A stretch of 64,000 nucleotides of DNA from contig JAGCAM010000085.1 in the NCBI GenBank assembly GCA_017652705.1, forward strand, positions 585 to 64,584, in the 5' to 3' direction. Source of the DNA: Kiritimatiellia bacterium. GTDB taxonomy: Bacteria > Verrucomicrobiota > Kiritimatiellia > RFP12 > UBA1067. Positions 34,125 to 41,724 of this stretch are shown in pieces. Every line of letters begins with the position of its first letter. Position 1 is the first letter of the stretch. The position numbers and the translations under genes were made by a program. The notes below the pieces were generated by a model, which worked only from the letters and a program-made list of their open reading frames with translations, was not told the DNA's origin and ran no database searches.

Positions 34125-35609
34125 ATGAATAGATTCGTTTTCGCCGCTGTTGCTGCTGCGGCAGCGTTCACCGCGTTTCCGGAAGAAGTTGTCGTTTCAA
34201 CCTTCGACGCCCCCTGGCGGGCGTCCGCGTTCGTCCGCGCCGCCCCGGCCGGAGCTGCTGCGCTTTCGATCAATCCGGACAAAACCGACCAGTCGGTAAC
34301 CGGTTTCGGCTGCGCCATGAGCGAACTGAGCTGGGGTGCGCTCTCGACCCTCCCCGCCGATGGACGCAAGGCGGTTCTCGACGAAATCTTCTCCCCCGGC
34401 GGCGGCAATTTCACCGTCATCAGAACGCCGATCGGCTCCAGCGATTTCGCCTACGCATACTATTCCTACGACGACCACCCCGGCGATTTCGCGATGGAGA
34501 AATTCTCCGTCGAACGCGACGAAAAACATCTCATACCGCTGATCCGCGAAATCCAGAAACGCGTGCCGGCCGGCGTTCTCAAAATCTGGGCTTCGCCTTG
34601 GACGCCTCCCGCCTGGATGAAGGTCAACGGCAAATACGCGTCGCGTCCGTACCATTCGTGGTATCACGACGAATTGCGCGCCAAGGGACTCGACCCGGAG
34701 CACCCCGACGGTTTCTACACCGGCAACGGGCTGGAGGAATCCGACCGCATGTACGAAGGCGAGGATGCTTTCAAGGCAGACGACCGCCATCTTGCGGCGT
34801 ACGCGAAATACTTCCGCAAATACGTTGACGCCTACAGGGAGCGGGGAATACCGCTGTGGATGGTGATGCCGCAGAACGAACCGAATTCGTCGATGGTGTA
34901 TTCGAGCTGCACATGGCGGTACGCGACGATCGCGCGCTTCATAGGCGAGCATCTCGGGCCGGCGCTCGACGGCAGCGGCACCGAGATATTTCTCGGCACG
35001 ATCGAGCGCGGCGACCTGCACATGATGAGCGCGGCGATGGCGGACGGCCCGGCGAGGAAGTACATCCGCGGGGCGGGCTTTCAGTGGGGCGGCGTCGACG
35101 CGGTCGAGGCGGCCCACCGGCGCTATCCGAAGATGTTTCTCGTGCAGACCGAGCAGGAGTGCGGTTCCGGCCGGAACGACTACGCGGAGGCGCGCCACTG
35201 CTGGAACTTGGCGAAGCGTTATTTCAGGGGCGGGGTTTCGGTTTACGAATACTGGAATCTGGCGCTGCTCGACCGCCAGATAAGCCCCTGGGGGTGGCAG
35301 CAGAATTCGCTCGTGACCGTCGACCGCAGGACTCGCACGGCGAAGTTGAACGCCGAATATTACGGCATGAAACATCTTTCGCACTTCATCGTGCGCGGAT
35401 CGAAGCGGCTGGTGACGGAAGGCTATGACGACTCGCTCGCGTTCGTGCGACCCGACGGCTCATTTGTGGCGGTTCTTGGCAACGACGAGGCGCAACCCAA
35501 GACGGTGGTGGTCGCCGCCGGCGGCGCCCGGCGCGCGCTGGAGCTGCCGCCGAAATCGCTGACGACTGCGATGTGGCGGGAATCTAAGCGTACGGGGGAT
35601 GAAAGATGA
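34125..35609 (+). CDS. GH30 glycoside hydrolase (glucosylceramidase-like), secreted
   Basis: QSVTGFGCAMSE, IRTPIGSSDF and WASPWTPPAWMK. AGGAAG precedes ATG 34125; an alternative ATG is at 34101. Confidence 0.85.
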   Translation: MNRFVFAAVAAAAAFTAFPEEVVVSTFDAPWRASAFVRAAPAGAAALSINPDKTDQSVTGFGCAMSELSWGALSTLPADGRKAVLDEIFSPGGGNFTVIRTPIGSSDFAYAYYSYDDHPGDFAMEKFSVERDEKHLIPLIREIQKRVPAGVLKIWASPWTPPAWMKVNGKYASRPYHSWYHDELRAKGLDPEHPDGFYTGNGLEESDRMYEGEDAFKADDRHLAAYAKYFRKYVDAYRERGIPLWMVMPQNEPNSSMVYSSCTWRYATIARFIGEHLGPALDGSGTEIFLGTIERGDLHMMSAAMADGPARKYIRGAGFQWGGVDAVEAAHRRYPKMFLVQTEQECGSGRNDYAEARHCWNLAKRYFRGGVSVYEYWNLALLDRQISPWGWQQNSLVTVDRRTRTAKLNAEYYGMKHLSHFIVRGSKRLVTEGYDDSLAFVRPDGSFVAVLGNDEAQPKTVVVAAGGARRALELPPKSLTTAMWRESKRTGDER

Positions 35610-35767
35610 AGCGAACGCCTGTCTTGATCGTGCCGGCCAGTCTTGGCCACATCTTCTACGACCGCTCCGCCGTCGGCGTGAAGCGCTTCGATCTCGACGT
35701 TTCGCCCGAAGCGTGTTCACTCTCCGGCCATCACCCGGTAATCGCCGACTTCGACATTCTCCGGTGA
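35606..35767 (+). CDS. 53-aa small ORF (unknown function, or N-terminal piece of the following methyltransferase)
   Basis: Below the ORF-track cutoff. MKRTPVLIVPASLGHIFYDRSAVGVKRFDLDVSPEACSLSGHHPVIADFDILR has strong GC3 bias, whereas the track frame (35599) is Arg-rich junk here. ATGA overlap with the GH30 stop and GTGA overlap with the next start. Confidence 0.35.
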   Translation: MKRTPVLIVPASLGHIFYDRSAVGVKRFDLDVSPEACSLSGHHPVIADFDILR

Positions 35768-36663
35768 AGACTCTTCTCGTAGGTTACAAGGCGGCCGATC
35801 TGACGCCGGAACTGCTCGCAGGCGACCCCGTCTGCCACGTCCTCGACGTCTACCACCGCCACGCCATCGAGAAGGTGCACCACGCCAGGGCGGTATGCTC
35901 CGCGCACCTGCCGGATGGTCCGTGGGATCTGGTGCGTTTCCGGACGGGGCCGAAGCTGATGAGCGGAGAACTCGCGCTCGACCTGCTGCAGGAGTGCCAC
36001 CGGGTGTGCGCGCGGGTGGAGGTCGATTTCGTCGGGCGCGAACGCGACCGCAACGATCTGCTGGCGAAAATCACCGGCGATCCGGACCGCGTGCGCAGCT
36101 TCAGGGCGGAATGGCCGGCGAGCGTGCCGGGCGGTCCGCCACTCATGTTCACGAGCTATCCGGGCTGCTTCTGCCACCGCCGCCTCGACCCGGGCGGTCT
36201 CGCCCTCGCCGAAGTCGCCGCCCGCGAACTTGCGGCGCAAGGCGCAGAGTGCAATCTACTGGACATGGGGTGCGGCTGCGGTCTCGTCGGTTTTTTGATA
36301 GCGAGCGTCGTCGTGGGGGCTCGTCTCACGCTCGTCGATTCGCACGCGCGGGCGGTGGAGGCCGCGCGCGAGAACGCCGCGAAGTTCGGGGTTGACGCGG
36401 AAGTCATACTTGCCGACTGCGGCACGCCGCCGCGCATGGACGGTTCGTTCGACGTCTTTGTCGGCAATCCGCCGTATTACAGCGACTACCGCATCGCCGA
36501 CGTCTTTCTGGAAACCGCGAAAAGGGCGCTCAAGCCGGGGGGGGCATGCTACACGGTCGTCAAGAACGCGGCGGGGCTGAAGCCGGTGCAGGAGCGTTAT
36601 TTCAGGCAGGCGGAAGTCATCGCCCGCCGCGGATATTCGGTGCTGAAATCAGTGAAGGAGTGA
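35764..36663 (+). CDS. class I SAM-dependent methyltransferase (RsmC/RlmG-like small-domain type)
   Basis: LLDMGCGCGLVG (motif I) and FVGNPPYY (NPPY, N-methylase type). GTG 35764 proposed as the start. Confidence 0.75.
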   Translation: MKTLLVGYKAADLTPELLAGDPVCHVLDVYHRHAIEKVHHARAVCSAHLPDGPWDLVRFRTGPKLMSGELALDLLQECHRVCARVEVDFVGRERDRNDLLAKITGDPDRVRSFRAEWPASVPGGPPLMFTSYPGCFCHRRLDPGGLALAEVAARELAAQGAECNLLDMGCGCGLVGFLIASVVVGARLTLVDSHARAVEAARENAAKFGVDAEVILADCGTPPRMDGSFDVFVGNPPYYSDYRIADVFLETAKRALKPGGACYTVVKNAAGLKPVQERYFRQAEVIARRGYSVLKSVKE

Positions 36664-36666
36664 AAA

Positions 36667-37401
36667 ATGCCAACCGCCAATCAGCTGCGCTGGAAAGTCA
36701 TCGACCTTTTCGGCATACCCGTATACCTTGACATCACTTTTCTCGTGCTGATGCTGCTCTTTGTCAACGGGGGGTCGTCTTTCAGCGCCGGACTCGCCGA
36801 GGCGATGATACTCGCGGTGTCGATCGTGCTGCACGAACTCGGCCATTCGCTCACGGGCCGCGCGTTCGGCTGCGAGACGAGCCACATCACGCTGTCGTTC
36901 ATCGGCGGGTGCGCCTCCATGACTTCGATGCCGCGTCGCGGCTGGGAGGAGTTCACCGTGGCGATCACGGGGCCGCTCGTCAGTTTCGCGCTGTGCGGCG
37001 CGGGGTATGCGTTGCTCCGATTCCTGCCGATCGAGAACCACTTTCTCGCGCACATGCTCGTCTATCTGTTCTGGCTCAACCTCGTGCTTGGGGCGTTCAA
37101 CCTGCTGCCGGGGTTCCCGATGGACGGCGGCCGCATATTCCGCAGCGTGATGATGCTTTTTCTGTCGCGTCCGAAGGCCACGCTGGTGGCGATGTGGGTG
37201 GGGCGGGCGTTCGCTGTTCTGCTGGGACTGAGCGGCGTCTACGCGTTTGTGAACGGCGGCAGCTGGGCGGTCGTCAAGATGTTCATCGCGTGGACGATCT
37301 GGCGAGACGGATACCGTGAATACCAGCTTGCGCTGATGGAAGCTTCATGGACTTGCCAGGATTTCCGGGCGAAGGTTTCTCCGCCGCCGTACGAGCGGTG
37401 A
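36667..37401 (+). CDS. M50 site-2 protease family zinc metalloprotease
   Basis: HELGHS and NLLPGFPMDGGR motifs; multi-TM. Confidence 0.85.
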   Translation: MPTANQLRWKVIDLFGIPVYLDITFLVLMLLFVNGGSSFSAGLAEAMILAVSIVLHELGHSLTGRAFGCETSHITLSFIGGCASMTSMPRRGWEEFTVAITGPLVSFALCGAGYALLRFLPIENHFLAHMLVYLFWLNLVLGAFNLLPGFPMDGGRIFRSVMMLFLSRPKATLVAMWVGRAFAVLLGLSGVYAFVNGGSWAVVKMFIAWTIWRDGYREYQLALMEASWTCQDFRAKVSPPPYER

Positions 37402-37412
37402 CGCGTCAAATA

Positions 37413-37421
37413 TGATACAAT
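37413..37421 (+). promoter_or_regulatory. extended -10 box TGATACAAT
   Basis: AAATATGATACAATAAAC lies 17 nt before ATG 37438. Confidence 0.45.
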
Positions 37422-37437
37422 AAACGGGATCGGTGCG

Positions 37438-39273
37438 ATGACTAAACTCGACGAGAAGTGGGTGTTCACCAGAGAGACGGTCGGAACCGGCCGTCTGTCG
37501 GTGGTCATGCCGTTCTACAGACTCGCGGGTGCCGCCGGCGCCAATCTGCGGGAGGTGGCGGAACTGTTCGAAAGCCGCGGCGTCGAGACCGAGCTGGTGC
37601 CGGTGGACGACGGCAGCGGCGACGGAACCGACGGCGTTCTCGGCAGTCTTTCCTTCGACGGCTTCAGGCATGTCACGGTGCGGCCGGTCATCTGCCGCCG
37701 CAACGGCGGCAAAGGAGCGGCGCTGCGCGCCGGTTTCGAGGCCTCCACCGGGCGTTACGTGATGCTGCTTGACGGCGATCTCGACATCAACCCGAAGCAG
37801 ACCCCGTATTTCTTCGAAGAAATGGTCAAGAACGGGGCCGACATAGTAGTCGGCTCGAAGCGCCACCCCCGGTCGGCGGTGCAGTACCCGTGGCACCGGC
37901 GCATCATGAGCGCATGCTATTTCACGCTCGTCAAGTGGCTGGCGGGGCTGCCGATAACCGACACCCAGACCGGCATGAAACTCTTCAAGCGCGAGGTGCT
38001 CGGCCCCGCGCTGGACCGCATGCTGGTCAAGACCTACGCCTTCGATCTCGAACTGCTGTCCATCGCCGCGAGCCGCGGCGCGAAAATCGCCGAGGCTCCG
38101 GTGGTGATCAAATTCGGCGGCAAGTTCGGCGCGCTCAAGCCGCGCACGGTGTGGCAGATGGCCAAGGACACGCTGGCGGTTTTCTACCGGCTGCGCATTC
38201 TCAAATACTACGCGAAATGCCTTGTGCCGGCGAAGCTCGACCACCAGCCGCTCGTGTCGATCGTGATCGCCTGCCCCAGGCGCAGCTGGATGCTCGACGA
38301 GTGCCTTGAAGCGGTGAAGGCCCAGAGCTACGAGAAATGGGAGGCGATCGTGCTGCCGGACGGCGCGGAGGAGGGCGACGCCGACGGGCGCGTGCGCTTC
38401 ATCGAGACGGGCAAGGTGCGCCCCGCCGAAAAGCGCAATACCGGCATCCGCGAGGCGAAGGGTGAAATCATCGCGTTCATCGACGACGACGCCTACCCGG
38501 ACGCTCACTGGCTCGAGTACGCGGTCAAGTATTTCGGCGAGCGAGACATCGGCGCCGTCGGCGGGCCGGGCGTGACTCCGCCGGGCGACAAAAGCCTCGC
38601 GCGCATCGGCGGGCGGGTGTACGACAACTGGCTCGTCTCCGGCAACTACCACTACCGCTACCGCGCCGGCGGCGTCAGGATGGACGTCGACGACTACCCC
38701 AGCTGCAACCTTTTCGTGCGCAAAGACCTGCTGGACAAGATAGGCGGCTACCGCACCGATTTCTGGCCGGGCGAGGACACTCTGCTGTGCAAAGACATCG
38801 TCGACAACTGGAAGCGCATCATCTACGACCCCTGGGTGGTCGTCTACCACCACCGCCGTCCTCTTTTCCTGCCGCATCTCCGGCAGCTCGGCCGTTACGC
38901 CTTCCACCGCGGCTACTTCTGCAAGCGTTTCCCCTCGAACTCGCTGCGGCTGAGTTATTTCGTGCCGACGCTTTTCGACATCTATCTTTTCGTGCTCGCC
39001 GTGGTGGGGGCGCTCAACCTCACCGGCGTCGATTTTCTGCGCGTCACGTTCCACCGCTGGGGCGGCTACCTGCCGTTCTGGATATATCTCGCGCTGGTGA
39101 CGGTCACCACGTTCAGCCTCAAACCACACTACTGGGTGCTGACGGCGCTCGGCGTCGTCGCCAGCCACGTTTGGTACGGCGTCCGCTTCATCCAGGGGCT
39201 CTGCGCGAAGAAGGCCCCCTGCGAATACATCGGAAAGGACCATGCCCATGGAGAAGGCGTTAATCTGGTTTAG
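37438..39273 (+). CDS. membrane glycosyltransferase with two GT2 domains
   Basis: First GT2: LSVVMPFY...VDDGSGDGT...LLDGDLD. Second GT2: VSIVIACP...FIDDDAYP. C-terminal TM helices follow. The 679-aa minus ORF 37345..39384 is its shadow. Confidence 0.85.
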   Translation: MTKLDEKWVFTRETVGTGRLSVVMPFYRLAGAAGANLREVAELFESRGVETELVPVDDGSGDGTDGVLGSLSFDGFRHVTVRPVICRRNGGKGAALRAGFEASTGRYVMLLDGDLDINPKQTPYFFEEMVKNGADIVVGSKRHPRSAVQYPWHRRIMSACYFTLVKWLAGLPITDTQTGMKLFKREVLGPALDRMLVKTYAFDLELLSIAASRGAKIAEAPVVIKFGGKFGALKPRTVWQMAKDTLAVFYRLRILKYYAKCLVPAKLDHQPLVSIVIACPRRSWMLDECLEAVKAQSYEKWEAIVLPDGAEEGDADGRVRFIETGKVRPAEKRNTGIREAKGEIIAFIDDDAYPDAHWLEYAVKYFGERDIGAVGGPGVTPPGDKSLARIGGRVYDNWLVSGNYHYRYRAGGVRMDVDDYPSCNLFVRKDLLDKIGGYRTDFWPGEDTLLCKDIVDNWKRIIYDPWVVVYHHRRPLFLPHLRQLGRYAFHRGYFCKRFPSNSLRLSYFVPTLFDIYLFVLAVVGALNLTGVDFLRVTFHRWGGYLPFWIYLALVTVTTFSLKPHYWVLTALGVVASHVWYGVRFIQGLCAKKAPCEYIGKDHAHGEGVNLV

Positions 39274-39841
39274 CTGGACAGCCGCCGCGTACCTGATCGG
39301 TTCAATCCCGTTCGGATACCTGATCGGGCGGATGCGCGGCGTCGACGTGCGCACGGTCGGCTCGAAGAACATCGGCGCGACCAACGTCTACCGCACGGTC
39401 GGAAAGAAGTGGGGGGCTCTCGCGTTCTTCTGCGATTTTCTGAAAGGGTTCGCCCCGACATGCTCGTCAGCGGCGTTCGCCGGGCCTGAGACCGGTCTTC
39501 CGGTCGCGGTCGGTCTCGCCTGCGTCATCGGGCACACGCTCACCGTCTTCATGAAATTCCGGGGCGGCAAGGGGGTCGCCACCGCGTTCGGCATGATGGT
39601 GGCGCTCGCGCCGGCGCCGACGCTCATCGCCTTCGCCGTTTTCGCCGTCACCGTGTGGCTTTCGCACTACATCTCGCTCGGTTCGATGCTGGCGGCGGCG
39701 ACGCTCGCCGCGCTGGTGTGGGTGTTTCCGGCGGGCACCCCGCTGCGGGTCGTCGCCGCGTTCATCGCGGCGTTCGTCATCTTCAAGCACAAATCCAACA
39801 TCGGGCGGCTCGTGAAAGGCACCGAAAACAAGATTTACTGA
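39242..39841 (+). CDS. plsY: glycerol-3-phosphate acyltransferase PlsY
   Basis: YLIGSIPFGYLIGR, GSKNIGATNV and FRGGKGVAT. Confidence 0.92.
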   Translation: MPMEKALIWFSWTAAAYLIGSIPFGYLIGRMRGVDVRTVGSKNIGATNVYRTVGKKWGALAFFCDFLKGFAPTCSSAAFAGPETGLPVAVGLACVIGHTLTVFMKFRGGKGVATAFGMMVALAPAPTLIAFAVFAVTVWLSHYISLGSMLAAATLAALVWVFPAGTPLRVVAAFIAAFVIFKHKSNIGRLVKGTENKIY

Positions 39842-39854
39842 ACAAAGGCCAGAC

Positions 39855-41561
39855 ATGAAGAAGAAGCAGAGAATCAGAATAACCGACACGTCGCTGCGGG
39901 ACGCGCACCAGTCGCTTTGGGCGACGCGCATGCGCACCGACGACATCCTGAAAATCGCCGAGACGATCGACTCGGCGGGCTATTACTCGCTCGAGTGCTG
40001 GGGCGGGGCGACGTTCGACGTCTGCATGCGCTTTCTCAGGGAGAATCCCTGGGAACGACTGCGCCGGATAAAAAAAGTCTGCCGGAAGACCCCGCTGCAG
40101 ATGCTGCTGCGGGGGCAGAACCTCCTCGGCTACAAGCACTACCCCGACGACGTCGTCGAACGGTTCGTCGCGCTCGCGTGCGAGAACGGCATGGACATCT
40201 TCCGGGTTTTCGACGCGCTCAACGACCCTCGCAACCTCGAGCAGGCGATACGCTGCGTCAAGAAGTACGGCGGCCACGCGCAGGGCACGATCTGCTACAC
40301 GACGTCGCCGGTTCACACCGTCGCGAACTACGTCAGGCTCGCCAAGGCGCAGGCGTCGATGGGCGTCGACACTCTCGCCATCAAGGACATGGCGGGCATC
40401 CTCACGCCCGGCGCGGCGCGGGAACTGGTCTCCGCCCTGCGCAAGGCGCTGCCCGAAATGCCGATTCAGGTGCACTCGCACATGACGAGCGGCATGGCCG
40501 CGGCGATGTACATGGCGGCCGTCGAGTCTGGCGCCGGCTGCGTCGACTGCGCGATTTCGACGCTGAGTTCCTTTTCGTCGCAGCCGCCGACCGAGTCGGT
40601 CGTTTCGATTCTCGAATCGGAGGGGTTCGACTGCGGTCTCGACCGCGATGCGCTCGCCAGGATCAACGACTATTTCAAGACGCTGAAGGAGAAACGCCAG
40701 CCCGTCTCCTCGGCGAGGGTGGAGCCGGTCGACGCCGGGGTGCTCGTGCACGCCATTCCCGGCGGCATGATTTCCAATCTAAGATCGCAGCTCGCCGGGC
40801 AGGACGCTCTCGGCCGCCTGCCGGAAGTGCTGTCGGAACTGCCGCGCACGCGCGCCGACATGGGGTATCCGCCGCTTGTCACGCCGACCTCCCAGATAGT
40901 GGGGGTGCAGAGCGTCCTGAACGTCCTGTCGGGCAGGCGATATTCGATGGTGACCGACGAAACCAGGCGTTATGCGGCGGGTTACTACGGCCGCACCCCG
41001 GCTCCGATCGAGCCGAAGCTCCGCAAGAAACTCTGCGGCAGGCTGAAACCCATCGACTGCCGGCCGGCCGATCTGCTCAAGCCCGGGCTTGTCGCCGCGG
41101 CGGCGGAACTGCCGCCCGACACGATCAAGGCCGAAGAGGACATCCTCTCCTACGCGCTGTTCCCTGAAGTCGCGCTCGGCTATTTCAAGTGGCGCAACGC
41201 CGACCCGCAAAACCGCGAGCCGGTGCCGGCCGACGTCGAGGAGGCGAAGAAAACCGCCTCCGAAGCGACGGCGAAAGAGTCGGAAATCCTGGTGGAAGGC
41301 AACGCCGCCCCCGTCCCGCCGGCCGCCGGGGGCACTCCGGTGACCGCGCCTCTGAACGGCACGTTCTACCGCTGCGACGCGCCCGGCAAACCGCGCCTCG
41401 CCGAGGACGGAGCCGTGGTCAAGGCCGGCCAGCCGGTGTGCGTCGTCGAAGCGATGAAACTTTTCAATCCCATCAAGGCGTCCGCCGCCGGCCGGATAAC
41501 TTTTCTCGTCGAACACGGCAGAAGCGTTACCAAGGGGCAGGTCGTCGCCACGATAAAATAA
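39855..41561 (+). CDS. oxaloacetate decarboxylase alpha subunit / pyruvate carboxylase subunit B-type carboxyltransferase with C-terminal biotinyl domain
   Basis: ITDTSLRDAHQSL and ECWGGATFD (HMGL-like carboxyltransferase). C-terminal VVEAMKLFNPI is the biotin attachment motif. Confidence 0.9.
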   Translation: MKKKQRIRITDTSLRDAHQSLWATRMRTDDILKIAETIDSAGYYSLECWGGATFDVCMRFLRENPWERLRRIKKVCRKTPLQMLLRGQNLLGYKHYPDDVVERFVALACENGMDIFRVFDALNDPRNLEQAIRCVKKYGGHAQGTICYTTSPVHTVANYVRLAKAQASMGVDTLAIKDMAGILTPGAARELVSALRKALPEMPIQVHSHMTSGMAAAMYMAAVESGAGCVDCAISTLSSFSSQPPTESVVSILESEGFDCGLDRDALARINDYFKTLKEKRQPVSSARVEPVDAGVLVHAIPGGMISNLRSQLAGQDALGRLPEVLSELPRTRADMGYPPLVTPTSQIVGVQSVLNVLSGRRYSMVTDETRRYAAGYYGRTPAPIEPKLRKKLCGRLKPIDCRPADLLKPGLVAAAAELPPDTIKAEEDILSYALFPEVALGYFKWRNADPQNREPVPADVEEAKKTASEATAKESEILVEGNAAPVPPAAGGTPVTAPLNGTFYRCDAPGKPRLAEDGAVVKAGQPVCVVEAMKLFNPIKASAAGRITFLVEHGRSVTKGQVVATIK

Positions 41562-41570
41562 CCGAAAATA

Positions 41571-41579
41571 TGATATAAT
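41571..41579 (+). promoter_or_regulatory. extended -10 box TGATATAAT in front of tRNA-Arg
   Basis: AAAATATGATATAATATTCC ends 16 nt before the tRNA 5' end. Confidence 0.55.
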
Positions 41580-41594
41580 ATTCCTTCCAAACCG

Positions 41595-41671
41595 GGGCCT
41601 GTAGCTCATCTGGACAGAGCAACTGCCTTCTAAGCAGTGGGTAGTGGGTTCGAGTCCCGCCAGGCCCGCCA
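41595..41671 (+). tRNA. tRNA-Arg (anticodon UCU), CCA encoded
   Basis: Hand-folded. Acceptor GGGCCTG/CAGGCCC, D stem GCTC/GAGC, anticodon stem ACTGC/GCAGT with loop CTTCTAA, T arm GTGGG-TTCGAGT-CCCGC, discriminator G, CCA; 77 nt. Confidence 0.93.
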
Positions 41672-41724
41672 GTCAAACGGACGGCGGATTGCACGGTTGC
41701 AAGTTACGAACTAAAGGTAGACCT

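Noticed and set aside
39855-41561. Stand-alone oadA-like carboxyltransferase/BCCP gene without beta/gamma or biotin carboxylase partners as an anomaly
   Set aside because: Partners are commonly encoded elsewhere and the AMKL biotinylation motif is a normal variant. Not unusual enough to report as a finding.
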